A DNA stretch of 64,000 nucleotides, from positions 8,357 through 72,356 of the IMG/VR virus record IMGVR_UViG_3300025120_009955; one strand, given 5' to 3'. Positions 10,799 to 20,516 of the stretch are shown here, one piece after another; position 1 is the stretch's first letter, and every line of letters starts with the position of its first letter. This DNA comes from a virus. The position numbers and the translations under genes are program-made. Under the pieces are notes generated by a model, which worked only from the letters and a program-made list of their open reading frames with translations, had not been told where the DNA came from and ran no database searches.

Positions 10799-11071
10799 TC
10801 ATGATTTTATCTCGGTAGGAGTATCGAATAATTCTAACTGTACAGGCAAGCCATAGTTCCTAACCATCTCCACTAGTGGATCGTATAGATTATCAGTTGA
10901 ATCCACAAGTTCAAAATCGTCATCATAGTAATCATACCAATCACCTATCTCACAGTCGTCTGAATCGCCACTTTGAACTCTTTTCCAAGCTTCTTTTTTT
11001 GTGTTAGCTTCGATGTAAGTAAATTCTTGATAAATTACTCTGCGTTCAAATGTGTATTGATTAATAGCCAT
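10799..11071 (-). CDS. hypothetical protein
   Basis: 90-aa acidic ORF directly behind a sigma70 promoter. Confidence 0.6.
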   Translation of the reverse strand: MAINQYTFERRVIYQEFTYIEANTKKEAWKRVQSGDSDDCEIGDWYDYYDDDFELVDSTDNLYDPLVEMVRNYGLPVQLELFDTPTEIKS

Positions 11072-11076
11072 ACGTT

Positions 11077-11105
11077 ATTATAACATTATTTGGTAAAAAT
11101 TGCAA
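11077..11105 (-). promoter_or_regulatory. sigma70-type early promoter
   Basis: TTGCAA-17nt-TATAAT on minus strand, 5 nt before the ATG at 11071. Confidence 0.7.
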
Positions 11106-11106
11106 G

Positions 11107-11352
11107 TCAAGTTGCCCATATTAATTTAAAGTAAGTTGCATCACGTGGATCTTCAAATCTATACGCAAATCCTTCGTTTGACTCGTCCTTACCAGATCGC
11201 CAGCCGTGTAAGTGATAGTGGCCATGGCCAGGAGCGGTCTCTAACCATTCTGCTATCAAAGGCGGTTTATGTGTAGGCTTCGTATTCATAGTGTCCCAAG
11301 TAATAATAACTTCGGTCCATTCCGGTGGAGGCCATTGCGAATCGTGTTTCAT
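11107..11352 (-). CDS. hypothetical protein
   Basis: 81-aa ORF ending FEDPRDATYFKLIW, a common jumbo-phage small-protein pattern. Confidence 0.6.
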   Translation of the reverse strand: MKHDSQWPPPEWTEVIITWDTMNTKPTHKPPLIAEWLETAPGHGHYHLHGWRSGKDESNEGFAYRFEDPRDATYFKLIWAT

Positions 11353-11621
11353 TTTACAGCTGAATATTTCATTTTGAAAAAAAGGTATTTCTTTTCGTCG
11401 ACTATGTCATAATTTGGTAGTATACCGATATCTACATCATAGTATATTTTTATACCATAACGTTCGGTTAGCCAAAATTGAAAGTCGACTGGATCTCCAT
11501 CGGTTTCTTTATATTCTTCCTGGCACTTTGCTATACTAGCCCACCAAACATCGCCTAGTATAGTGCCAATCCTATCTAGTTTACTATCATACAAGTAATT
11601 GTTATTAGTTCGCTTTGTCAT
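11349..11621 (-). CDS. hypothetical protein
   Basis: 90-aa ORF ending IVDEKKYLFFKMKY. Confidence 0.6.
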   Translation of the reverse strand: MTKRTNNNYLYDSKLDRIGTILGDVWWASIAKCQEEYKETDGDPVDFQFWLTERYGIKIYYDVDIGILPNYDIVDEKKYLFFKMKYSAVK

Positions 11622-12048
11622 GAAATACTATTCCGTTACAGTGATCTAATTCGTGTTGATAACATATACTACCTAGGCCTTCAAACTGTCTAATAACTTC
11701 GTTCCCTTCATGATCCCAGAATCTAGCTACTACAGTTTTTGGTCTTTCTATCTTTAAAAATTCATCTGGAAAACTTAGGCATCCTTCTTGGTGTGTTATT
11801 AGTTCTTCACTGGATGCTAGTATTTCTGGATTAAAGCAATGATACTCGTCTGCATCCACTTGCATTACAAAAACTTTACGACTAATACCTATCTGAGGCC
11901 CAGCAAGTCCGATACCACCATGGGCAGTCATAAATTCGATCATCCTCTTTGCCAGCATTAGATTTTGGCCAGGATTTTTAAATGTCATCGGCTTTCCGGA
12001 TCTATATAAAACTTTTTTAGTTAATTTGAACTTGTTGGGTAATATCAT
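11605..12048 (-). CDS. def: peptide deformylase
   Basis: GIGLAGPQIG, EGCLSFP, QHELDH motifs. Confidence 0.95.
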   Translation of the reverse strand: MILPNKFKLTKKVLYRSGKPMTFKNPGQNLMLAKRMIEFMTAHGGIGLAGPQIGISRKVFVMQVDADEYHCFNPEILASSEELITHQEGCLSFPDEFLKIERPKTVVARFWDHEGNEVIRQFEGLGSICYQHELDHCNGIVFHDKAN

Positions 12049-12292
12049 TTTTTAAAGAGTAATAAGTTATCCAGCGTTCCATTTCGTGGTAATCGTACCA
12101 CACCCATTCATCATAGCCTGTCCTACTAACTTGTGGCCGGTCTTTAAGTTCTTCAACCATGGTATCAACATAATCTTTAATTTTGTATACCTTTTTTGGA
12201 TCATCCCACACAGAAGTGCCGTCCTCGGCTATATATGATATAGTTAAAGTCATAGTCCATTTAGACTGGTTAACTTGTTTTATATTAAACAT
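12017..12292 (-). CDS. hypothetical protein
   Basis: ORF-track 12017..12349; likely start ATG at 12292 just after a TATAAT. Confidence 0.5.
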   Translation of the reverse strand: MFNIKQVNQSKWTMTLTISYIAEDGTSVWDDPKKVYKIKDYVDTMVEELKDRPQVSRTGYDEWVWYDYHEMERWITYYSLKNDITQQVQIN

Positions 12293-12375
12293 ATTTACAT
12301 TATATACTACTCGCAATAAAAGAGCAATTAAATTATAAGATAAATACATTAAACAGAAATAAGGATTTATACAAT

Positions 12376-12630
12376 ATGTCAGCTAACGGAATAGCACATT
12401 TAGTCAGTAAACAGCTAAAGCAAGTAGGTAAATTAAATATTGCTGAAGCAAAACGTCAAGGTAAAACGGTAGCCACAGACGGAACTATTAGCGGCAGTGG
12501 CAATACAGCACAACCATTCTACCGTTCATTCAACCAACTTGATATCGATCTGCTACCAACAAAGTATAGCGGTAATGCTGTTGTGGATAATGCTGGCACA
12601 TTAATTCAAGGTCGACCTTGGGAAGAGTAA
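12376..12630 (+). CDS. hypothetical protein
   Basis: 84-aa ORF with AAGGA RBS and upstream ATAAATA late-promoter-like motif. Confidence 0.6.
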   Translation: MSANGIAHLVSKQLKQVGKLNIAEAKRQGKTVATDGTISGSGNTAQPFYRSFNQLDIDLLPTKYSGNAVVDNAGTLIQGRPWEE

Positions 12631-12689
12631 CAATTAGGTTGATTTAAACTTATTGTTATGCAATCCACGTACCCAATAAATATTATACT

Positions 12690-13976
12690 ATGAATAAACT
12701 TACCTTTAGCGACAAATATCTTATACCCTGGTTAACACTATTAAGTGGACTAGCTATTTCAGCAATTGCTGTATGGTATAGTATTGCAGGACTTGTTGCT
12801 ATATTTGCCGCAAGTGCAACAGCTATTATTGCAATGGGGGTAGTACTAGAAGTAGGAAAATTAGTTACTGCTGTTTGGTTACATAGGAATTGGAACCACA
12901 CAGTTCGTTGGCTTAAAAGTTATCTAGCCTTTGCTGTATTTTTCTTAATGGTTATTACATCAATGGGAATTTTTGGATTCCTATCAAAAGCACACATTGA
13001 ACAAACATCAATGAGTGACGAACAGACAGCACAAATTGAAGTTATAGATGAAAAAATTACTCGAGGCAATGCCAAGATCGATCGTTGGAATCAAGAAATG
13101 GAACGATTACTTAAAGGATCTGGTAGTAGTTCAACTGCACTAGTAGCTGGTGACCAAGATGCACTTAGCGATATTAGAGCATTAATTAAAGATGAAAAAG
13201 AAGTTGTACGTAAAGAAGCTCAAGATAGAATTAAAGTAGCACAAGACAGACGTGACGCTGATATAAAGGCCGCGGAAAATAGTAAACAGTCAGACCTAAA
13301 AGCGGCAGAAATTAGACTGAAGGACAGTTGGGGTGGTGGCGATGAATATGATAAGATAGTAGCAGGAGCCAAGCAGGCATTCAATAATCTAGTTAGCCAG
13401 GCCAAAGATAAAGAGAACACAGAAAGTACAGAAGCTAGAAAGGTACAAAATACAAAACTAAAAGCTATTGACAAAAAGTACAAGAAAGAACTTAACGTAT
13501 TAAACAAGCGTATTAACTCAGCTAATAAAGATGGTAAGTTAAAATCTAAGCAGATTGATGTTCGTCTTAAGGAAATTGAAACAAATATTGTAACTGAACA
13601 GTCGGCACTGGATCTAGTACGTGAAGATAAAATGGTTTATGAAAAAGAATTCCGTAAACTAGAAGCTGAAGTTGGACCTGTAAAGTATATCGCTGAATTT
13701 GTTTACGGTCAACAAGCAGATAAAGAAATGCTTGAAAAAGCAGTACGTTGGGTAATTATATTAATTATATTTGTATTTGATCCGCTAGCTGTATTAATGT
13801 TAATAGCAAGTCAATACTCATTCCGTTATGCACGAGGAGACCCAACTGCAGAAACAAACGGAAAAACTAGGATCATCGAGAGAACTATCGAAGTTGATGC
13901 TGATGTAGATGGAGATACACCAAAAGATGTCAGAAAATTAGAAAAGAAAGTAAACAGTAAACTGGAGAAAAAATAA
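12690..13976 (+). CDS. membrane protein with long coiled coil
   Basis: three N-terminal TM segments, coiled coil, C-terminal TM with IFVFDPLAV. Confidence 0.75.
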   Translation: MNKLTFSDKYLIPWLTLLSGLAISAIAVWYSIAGLVAIFAASATAIIAMGVVLEVGKLVTAVWLHRNWNHTVRWLKSYLAFAVFFLMVITSMGIFGFLSKAHIEQTSMSDEQTAQIEVIDEKITRGNAKIDRWNQEMERLLKGSGSSSTALVAGDQDALSDIRALIKDEKEVVRKEAQDRIKVAQDRRDADIKAAENSKQSDLKAAEIRLKDSWGGGDEYDKIVAGAKQAFNNLVSQAKDKENTESTEARKVQNTKLKAIDKKYKKELNVLNKRINSANKDGKLKSKQIDVRLKEIETNIVTEQSALDLVREDKMVYEKEFRKLEAEVGPVKYIAEFVYGQQADKEMLEKAVRWVIILIIFVFDPLAVLMLIASQYSFRYARGDPTAETNGKTRIIERTIEVDADVDGDTPKDVRKLEKKVNSKLEKK

Positions 13977-14212
13977 TGGCCGCACCACAACAAGCAATAG
14001 ATAACATTTGGGAAAAGTACAGAACTGCTTTAAAAGCATTAGAAGATTCCCTAGATGAAAACAATGTTCTTGGTATAAAGAACAAACAGGCTCTGGATGA
14101 AAATGAGTTACTGAAGCAAAAATTAAAAGACGCTGGAATTGATTGGCAATCACCGGCCGATATTATTGAGCTTGAGAAAAGACTTGAAGCTAGACTAGCG
14201 AAGAATGGCTAA
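13976..14212 (+). CDS. hypothetical coiled-coil protein
   Basis: 78 aa; N-terminus shared with next ORF. Confidence 0.6.
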   Translation: MAAPQQAIDNIWEKYRTALKALEDSLDENNVLGIKNKQALDENELLKQKLKDAGIDWQSPADIIELEKRLEARLAKNG

Positions 14213-14711
14213 CGATCAAGACGCCCTGGATCTTATATGGAAGAAGTATAGAACTGCCCTAATTCATTTAGAGCGGGCTCTTGATGAGTTAGAATCAAAA
14301 CCAAAAGAAATAGAAGTTATCAAAGAAGTTGAAAAGATAGTTCAACGACCATTCGAATTACCATTAACAGACGACGATAGTGATAATGCCTATACTGGAC
14401 GTATTACTAAAGATGCTGTTGCAGGATTTGGTGAAAAATTTCCAGACTTCCCTGATGTCGGAGAACTATTCCTACGTGTAGACTTTAAGCCTCATAGACT
14501 TTTTAAATGGAATGGTAAACTGTGGAGCGAGCTTGCTGACTCATCAGAAACCGGCGGTTATGTGTTTAATGAGTCATATATAAAGTATATAACAAGAGAA
14601 GTTATACAAGGCAGATTACAATTAAGTAATCTAAGTATACCGGAAAAAGAAGCAGTATTAAATAACACAAATTACAATCAGCAACAGGTAATAGCTAGCC
14701 ATCAAAAATAA
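14205..14711 (+). CDS. hypothetical protein
   Basis: 168 aa; FGEKFP...RLFKWNG motif. Confidence 0.65.
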   Translation: MANDQDALDLIWKKYRTALIHLERALDELESKPKEIEVIKEVEKIVQRPFELPLTDDDSDNAYTGRITKDAVAGFGEKFPDFPDVGELFLRVDFKPHRLFKWNGKLWSELADSSETGGYVFNESYIKYITREVIQGRLQLSNLSIPEKEAVLNNTNYNQQQVIASHQK

Positions 14712-14722
14712 AGGAATACTCA

Positions 14723-14896
14723 ATGATCATAAAAGAAGCAGTTAGAATACTGTATGATATTAGTCGCGAAGTTGGTAATATCGATGGAGAACTAGCACGT
14801 CAAATACAGATTTGTGCCGAACAGTTAAGAATGAAAAAAGAGGAACGTACAAGTCTCGAATGCAATAAATATCTAAGTATTAATAAAGAGGAGTAG
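14723..14896 (+). CDS. hypothetical small protein (57 aa, not in ORF track)
   Basis: AAGGA RBS, MIIKEAVRIL...NKEE; fills the gap between genes. Confidence 0.5.
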   Translation: MIIKEAVRILYDISREVGNIDGELARQIQICAEQLRMKKEERTSLECNKYLSINKEE

Positions 14897-14900
14897 TTAA

Positions 14901-15680
14901 ATGAAGAAAGTATTATTAGCAACACTTTTAGCAATGTCAACATTGGCAGTAGCTGAAGACCAAGTAGCAGTAGAAGAAATTACTGAAGATCAAGAGTCTG
15001 GCGGTTTGTCAGCTTATGTTACAGGAACATCAGAATATCTCTGGCGTGGCCTAAAACAATCACAAGGTGATCCAGCGGCTCAAGCTGGTATTGACTATGA
15101 CTTCAATAACGGCTTTTACATTGGTACTTGGGCAAGTACAGTAAAATGGACTGAAGAAGGCTATATGAATAACAATGACTTTGAAACAAATTTCTTTGGC
15201 GGTTACGCTGATCAAATTGGTGATACAGGAGTTGGCTATGATGTAGGACTTTTACAATACTATTTCCCTGGCAATAACAAAAGTGGTGTAGCAGATACAG
15301 ATGCTACTGAAGCATACGTTGGTCTTAACAAAGACTTCGGTACTACTAACCTAGCTGTAAAATATTCACAAGTATTAAGTGATGACGCTTGGGGTATTGG
15401 CGATGCTAAAGGATCAAAATACTACGAAGCCAATTGGACAGTTCCAGTGACAAGTACAATTACTGCACTAGCACACGTAGGACGTTCGAACTTCGATGGA
15501 TCAGCTAATGGCTCTCTAGATTATACAGATTGGTCATTAGGTGCAGAATATGCGTGGAATGATCACCTAACACTAGGTGCTGGATGGTCGGACACTAATG
15601 CAAAAGATTCATTATGGACACTTGATGGTGAGAAACAAGGTGAAGGTCAAGCTATAATGTGGACAACCTGGGCATTTTAA
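14901..15680 (+). CDS. TorF/Gcw_chp family outer-membrane porin
   Basis: signal peptide, SEYLWRGLKQS, QAGIDY, GFYIGTWAS, terminal Phe. Confidence 0.85.
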   Translation: MKKVLLATLLAMSTLAVAEDQVAVEEITEDQESGGLSAYVTGTSEYLWRGLKQSQGDPAAQAGIDYDFNNGFYIGTWASTVKWTEEGYMNNNDFETNFFGGYADQIGDTGVGYDVGLLQYYFPGNNKSGVADTDATEAYVGLNKDFGTTNLAVKYSQVLSDDAWGIGDAKGSKYYEANWTVPVTSTITALAHVGRSNFDGSANGSLDYTDWSLGAEYAWNDHLTLGAGWSDTNAKDSLWTLDGEKQGEGQAIMWTTWAF

Positions 15681-16021
15681 TGAGTAGATTTATAACATAT
15701 CCAGACGTTGTAACAGTAGATCCAGAACATCACAAGATATTAGTCGTGGGTGCAACTGCCCACGAACTAGTACAAATGGAAAGATTTATGAGTACAAGTA
15801 CATTAGATTTTGATGTATATCTTTATAAAGGTGATGAACACGATCTAGAATGGTTAAGCAATATTTCAACACACGACAATAAAGTTCCTCTTACGTTAAT
15901 TAAAGAAGGTAGTGTAGTGTCAGTAACAAGTGCAACCACCTATATGGGCGAGGATCTGTTAAGTCATTTTGAGCAAATTGAAAAAGAATCACTTGACCAT
16001 ACAGTGCATTCGAGTGTATAA
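15680..16021 (+). CDS. hypothetical protein
   Basis: probable start at ATG 15680 overlapping the porin stop (TAATG). Confidence 0.55.
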   Translation: MSRFITYPDVVTVDPEHHKILVVGATAHELVQMERFMSTSTLDFDVYLYKGDEHDLEWLSNISTHDNKVPLTLIKEGSVVSVTSATTYMGEDLLSHFEQIEKESLDHTVHSSV

Positions 16022-16061
16022 TAACTAGATAGATAATAATAATGTTAACATAAGGAATCGA

Positions 16062-16304
16062 ATGGCTGTAAATAATTTTGATAATACGTTAAAAGGAAAC
16101 ACTGTCTACGTAAAAGACGGCAGAGTTGACCAAGCACTACGTAAGTTTAAAAAGAAAATCCAAGATAGTGGGTTACTACAAGAAATGCGTGACCGTGGAT
16201 TTTACGAAAAACCGACATCTGTGCGTAAACGTAAAGCATCAGCCGCTAAGAACCGTTGGCAGAAAAAATTAGCTAGTCAAGTATTACCAAAGAAGTTGTA
16301 CTAA
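16062..16304 (+). CDS. rpsU: 30S ribosomal protein bS21
   Basis: [11 protein letters not shown]...[12 protein letters not shown]. Confidence 0.9.
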   Translation: MAVNNFDNTLKGNTVYVKDGRVDQALRKFKKKIQDSGLLQEMRDRGFYEKPTSVRKRKASAAKNRWQKKLASQVLPKKLY

Positions 16305-16317
16305 ACAGTAAAAAAAG

Positions 16318-16325
16318 TATAAATA
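16318..16325 (+). promoter_or_regulatory. T4-type late promoter upstream of dnaK
   Basis: exact TATAAATA. Confidence 0.65.
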
Positions 16326-16332
16326 ATTGTAG

Positions 16333-16382
16333 AGAGTGCCTTAGGGGCTCTTATTTTATAGATCTTGCTTAATTAAAGGAGA
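16333..16382 (+). promoter_or_regulatory. ROSE-like two-hairpin RNA thermometer (dnaK leader)
   Basis: GAGTGCC-TTAG-GGGCTC hairpin, then TCTTGCTT pairing with the AAGGAGA SD with a bulged G. Confidence 0.65.
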
Positions 16383-16389
16383 AAAAACT

Positions 16390-18345
16390 ATGTCTAAGAT
16401 CATCGGTATTGATTTAGGAACCACAAACAGTTGCGTGTCAGTCCTAGAAAACAACAAACCCAAAGTAATAGAAAATGCAGAAGGTGCAAGAACAACACCT
16501 AGTATCGTCGCCTATGGCGGTGAAGAAGTGCTTGTAGGTGCCCCTGCTAAACGTCAAGCAGTATCAAATCCAAAGAAAACAATATATGGCTCGAAACGTC
16601 TAATTGGACGTAAGTTCGATGAAGAAGCAGTACAGAAAGACATCGACATAATGCCATACAGTATTGTAAAAAATAAGAATGGTGATGCTTGGGTTCAAGT
16701 AGATAAAGAAAAAATAGCACCACCGCAAATATCTGCAGAAGTTCTTAAGAAAATGAAACTTACAGCAGAGGACTATCTTGGAGAAACAGTAACTGAAGCA
16801 GTAATTACTGTTCCAGCATACTTTAATGATAGCCAAAGACAAGCAACAAAAGATGCAGGTAAAATTGCTGGGCTTGATGTTAAAAGAATTATCAACGAGC
16901 CTACAGCGGCCGCTTTAGCATTTGGAATGGATAAAAAAACTAAAGGCGACAGTAAAATTGCAGTCTATGACCTAGGTGGTGGTACATTTGATGTCTCTAT
17001 TATTGATATCAGTAACATCGACGGTGAGCAACAATTTGAAGTGTTATCCACAAATGGAGATACATTCCTTGGTGGTGAAGATTTCGATCAAGCATTAATG
17101 AATTATCTAGTAGATGAATTTACTAAAGATGCTGGAGTTGATCTTTCAAAAGATCCAATAGCTTTGCAAAGACTTAAAGAAGCCGCAGAAAAAGCTAAGA
17201 TTGAATTATCAAGCAACTCACAGACTGAAGTTAATTTACCGTATATTACTGCAGATGCAAATGGACCAAAACATTTAGCTGTTAAAGTTACTCGTGCTAA
17301 GTTTGAATCATTAACAGAAGATCTAGTTAAGCGTTCGATTGATCCTTGCAAGATAGCATTAAAAGACGCAGGAATTGATACCAGTGAGATCAATGACATT
17401 ATCTTAGTTGGTGGACAAACACGTATGCCTGCTGTACAAAGTGCAGTAGAAACATTGTTTGGCAAAGCACCACGTAAGGATGTTAATCCAGACGAAGCAG
17501 TAGCAGTTGGTGCCGCGATACAAGGGGCAGTACTTGGTGGTGATAAGAATGATGTATTGCTATTAGATGTTACTCCACTATCATTAGGTATTGAAACACT
17601 TGGTGGGGTATTAACCAAGCTAATTAAGAAAAATACAACAATACCAACAAAAGCTAGTCAAACATTTTCAACAGCTGATGATAATCAACCAGCAGTAACA
17701 GTTGTGATAGCACAAGGCGAGCGTGATTTTGTTAAAGATAATAAAAATCTTGGACAGTTTGTGCTAGATGGTATTGAGCCAGCACCACGTGGTATGCCAC
17801 AGATTGAAATTAGTCTTGATGTTGATGCTAACGGTATCTTAAAAGTAACAGCTCAAGATAAAAAAACTGGTAAAGAAAATAATATCACAATTAAAGCTAA
17901 CTCAGGACTAAGCGAAGACGAAATTGAGGCAATGGTCCAAGATGCTGAAGCTAATGCTGATGCAGATAAAAAAGCTAGAGAGCTTGTTGAAACTAAGAAT
18001 CAAGCAGAAGCAATGCTACATTCAGTTGATAAAGATCTTGAAGAATACGGTGATAAAATTACTGCAGACGAACGCAAGGCAGTTGAGGAATCAATTGCTA
18101 AGTTGAGAGAAGAACTTAAAGACGGTGATAATCTAGACGCTGAACAGGTCAAAGAATTAATTACCAAGTTAGCAGAACCATTGGGAGCATTAATGAAAGC
18201 TAAACAGGCGGCTGAAACTCCACCTGAAGTTAACCCAGGTGCTAAAACAGATTCAGGAAAAACAGCCGACGATGTAGTAGATGCTGAATATACTGAAGTT
18301 AAAGAAGACGATGATGCCGATAAAGGGTCATCTGATAAAAAGTAA
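16390..18345 (+). CDS. dnaK: chaperone DnaK (Hsp70)
   Basis: [26 protein letters not shown]. Confidence 0.98.
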   Translation: MSKIIGIDLGTTNSCVSVLENNKPKVIENAEGARTTPSIVAYGGEEVLVGAPAKRQAVSNPKKTIYGSKRLIGRKFDEEAVQKDIDIMPYSIVKNKNGDAWVQVDKEKIAPPQISAEVLKKMKLTAEDYLGETVTEAVITVPAYFNDSQRQATKDAGKIAGLDVKRIINEPTAAALAFGMDKKTKGDSKIAVYDLGGGTFDVSIIDISNIDGEQQFEVLSTNGDTFLGGEDFDQALMNYLVDEFTKDAGVDLSKDPIALQRLKEAAEKAKIELSSNSQTEVNLPYITADANGPKHLAVKVTRAKFESLTEDLVKRSIDPCKIALKDAGIDTSEINDIILVGGQTRMPAVQSAVETLFGKAPRKDVNPDEAVAVGAAIQGAVLGGDKNDVLLLDVTPLSLGIETLGGVLTKLIKKNTTIPTKASQTFSTADDNQPAVTVVIAQGERDFVKDNKNLGQFVLDGIEPAPRGMPQIEISLDVDANGILKVTAQDKKTGKENNITIKANSGLSEDEIEAMVQDAEANADADKKARELVETKNQAEAMLHSVDKDLEEYGDKITADERKAVEESIAKLREELKDGDNLDAEQVKELITKLAEPLGALMKAKQAAETPPEVNPGAKTDSGKTADDVVDAEYTEVKEDDDADKGSSDKK

Positions 18346-18365
18346 TCTTGCTTATTATAAGGAGA
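18310..18365 (+). promoter_or_regulatory. ROSE-like two-hairpin RNA thermometer (hsp20 leader)
   Basis: GATGATGCC-GATAAA-GGGTCATC inside the dnaK 3' end, then TCTTGCTT...AAGGAGA. Confidence 0.7.
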
Positions 18366-18372
18366 GCAAACA

Positions 18373-18831
18373 ATGAAACAACTATATGTTAATAGCAAAC
18401 TTGTAGGTGACTTGGATATGCCAAGCATCTTACGACAAGCTGTAGGATTTGATCAAATATTTAATGAACTACATAAGAATATTGGTCCAAATACTTCTAA
18501 TAACTATCCACCATACAATATCATAAAGAAAAGTGATACTGCTTACAGTATTGAAGTAGCTGTGGCTGGATTCAATGAATCAGAATTAGACATTGAGGTC
18601 GAAAACGGTCAACTACACGTGATAGGGGACGCATCAAACAGAGCTGAATCTGATAATGAATACCTACATCAAGGTATTGCACTACGCAATTTTGATAGAA
18701 CATTTACTATAGCAGAAAATGTAGAAATTAAAGGAGCAGTAGTTAAAAATGGTCTATTAGCCATTGATATGGAACATATAATTCCAGAGTCAGCTAAGCC
18801 AAAAAAGATTGCAATTACCTTTCAGAAGTAG
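18373..18831 (+). CDS. ibpA: small heat shock protein Hsp20 (IbpA-like)
   Basis: NYPPYNI, IEVAVAGF, YLHQGIA.R.F, NGLL. Confidence 0.93.
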   Translation: MKQLYVNSKLVGDLDMPSILRQAVGFDQIFNELHKNIGPNTSNNYPPYNIIKKSDTAYSIEVAVAGFNESELDIEVENGQLHVIGDASNRAESDNEYLHQGIALRNFDRTFTIAENVEIKGAVVKNGLLAIDMEHIIPESAKPKKIAITFQK

Positions 18832-18842
18832 TATAATAACTA

Positions 18843-18868
18843 TGTTGGGGTAGTTTTCCTACCCCACA
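18843..18868 (+). terminator. hairpin after hsp20
   Basis: GGGGTAG-TTTTC-CTACCCC stem-loop. Confidence 0.45.
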
Positions 18869-18902
18869 TTAAACAATGACAATTTATAAAGAAAAGGATA
18901 AT

Positions 18903-19211
18903 ATGGGAACGAAAGTCGTAGCTAAAACAAAGCCAACCCCGAACTTTGATCTTAAAGAACCATTACAGTATAAGGTAATTTATATCAATGATGAAGTTAC
19001 CACAATGGATTTTGTCATTATGAGTCTGATAACTGTGTTTAATCACAGTCCAGAAATGGCTCAATCATTATGTGATGAAGTTCACGAGAAAGGTGCTGGT
19101 ACAGCCGCAATTATGCCATATGAAATGGCAGAACAAAAAGGTGTAGAAGTTACCCAACTTGCACGTAATGCTGGATTTCCATTACAAATCAAACTAGAAC
19201 CTACTGAGTAA
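18903..19211 (+). CDS. clpS: ATP-dependent Clp protease adaptor ClpS
   Basis: YKVIYINDEVTTMDFV, VHEKG, FPLQ; AAGGA RBS before ATG 18903. Confidence 0.92.
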   Translation: MGTKVVAKTKPTPNFDLKEPLQYKVIYINDEVTTMDFVIMSLITVFNHSPEMAQSLCDEVHEKGAGTAAIMPYEMAEQKGVEVTQLARNAGFPLQIKLEPTE

Positions 19212-19666
19212 TGATATTCAATAACATCAAAGAGTTAAAGAAAAAAGGATTAAAAATAGGAATAACATTTTCTACATTTGATCTACTACACGCAGGGCAT
19301 ATTGCTATGCTGTCAGAAGCTAAAAATCACTGCGATTATCTTATTGCTGGTTTACAAACAGATCCTACACTAGATAGGACTAATAAAAATTCACCAATAC
19401 AAACAGTTGTAGAAAGACAGATACAGTTACAGGCAACTAGATATGTAGATGAGATTGTGGTATATCAAACTGAAAAAGACCTTGAGGATATATTACTTAC
19501 TTTACCAATTGATGTTAGAATATTAGGCATAGAGTATAAAGATAAACCATTTACTGGTGATGATATCTGTGTAAAAAGAGATATTGAATTAATATTCAAC
19601 GGCAGAGATCATTCATTTAGTTCAAGTAACTTACGAAAACGAGTTGCAGAAACGGAGAACAAATAA
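19211..19666 (+). CDS. cytidylyltransferase (TagD-like)
   Basis: FDLLHAGH, SFSSSNLR. Confidence 0.85.
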   Translation: MIFNNIKELKKKGLKIGITFSTFDLLHAGHIAMLSEAKNHCDYLIAGLQTDPTLDRTNKNSPIQTVVERQIQLQATRYVDEIVVYQTEKDLEDILLTLPIDVRILGIEYKDKPFTGDDICVKRDIELIFNGRDHSFSSSNLRKRVAETENK

Positions 19667-20199
19667 TGGATATAATGCTAGACTTAGAAACTCTAAGCAC
19701 AAAACCAGATGCAACTGTTCTTACTTTTGGTGCCTGTAAGTTTAATCCCTATAAACAAGAAGACATAGACAAAGGTATATACTTCCGTATCAATGTAGAT
19801 GAACAAATTACATTAGGAAGAGATGTTGATGACAGTACTGTTGAATGGTGGGGTAAACAAGCAGAAGATGTGCGTGAAGAAGCACTAGGCGATGGCGATC
19901 GAATTACACTAGAGCAGTTTACAAAAGAATTAAATAGATTTATAGTAGGTGCAAAAAATATTTGGGCACAAGGTCCAGTATTTGATATTGTTATATTAGA
20001 AAACTTATATAGGCAATTAGGACTTCCGTGTCCATGGCAGTTTTGGCAAATTCGCGATAGTAGAACACTATTAAGTACACACGGTGATCCAAGAGAAAAG
20101 AACAAGGTAGGATTGCACAACGCCCTAGAAGATGCAGTTAGCCAAGCACAAGCAGTTCAACACGTATTCAATGCGTGTAGTATAACGGAGAAAAGATAA
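19666..20199 (+). CDS. DEDDh 3'-5' exonuclease (Rv2179c-like)
   Basis: MLDLETL, FDIVIL, RDSRT, HNALEDA. Confidence 0.85.
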   Translation: MDIMLDLETLSTKPDATVLTFGACKFNPYKQEDIDKGIYFRINVDEQITLGRDVDDSTVEWWGKQAEDVREEALGDGDRITLEQFTKELNRFIVGAKNIWAQGPVFDIVILENLYRQLGLPCPWQFWQIRDSRTLLSTHGDPREKNKVGLHNALEDAVSQAQAVQHVFNACSITEKR

Positions 20200-20516
20200 T
20201 GCAGTTAATATTTGGTAAAGATAATGCAGAAAAACTTAGAGAAAGGTATGTTGTACTGGATCTAGAAACTGTAGAAAAAGATGGAGTAAGCATTGAAGTA
20301 TACTGTCTAATACCAGGTGATAAAATAGGACTGCCAGATATGCCACAGATAGACAATTGGACAAAATTACATCACGAAATGATGGATGGATTTCACACTC
20401 AACAATACAAATATGTTCGTGATGCCATTGAACACCTAATGGGTAAGTTCGGTGGAGAAGTAGATACATTCTATACAGAAATACTTGGCCGAATCGACAA
20501 AGCCGAATCTGAATAA
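20199..20516 (+). CDS. hypothetical protein resembling the C-terminal tail of class III adenylate cyclases
   Basis: by-eye similarity to the C-terminus of 35286..37298. Confidence 0.5.
   Translation: MQLIFGKDNAEKLRERYVVLDLETVEKDGVSIEVYCLIPGDKIGLPDMPQIDNWTKLHHEMMDGFHTQQYKYVRDAIEHLMGKFGGEVDTFYTEILGRIDKAESE

Noticed and set aside
16600-18428. Antisense and alternate-frame ORFs inside dnaK (likewise in nrdAB, groEL, fdsA, cyclase)
   Set aside because: Shadow ORFs from codon bias of the real genes; no RBS or motifs.
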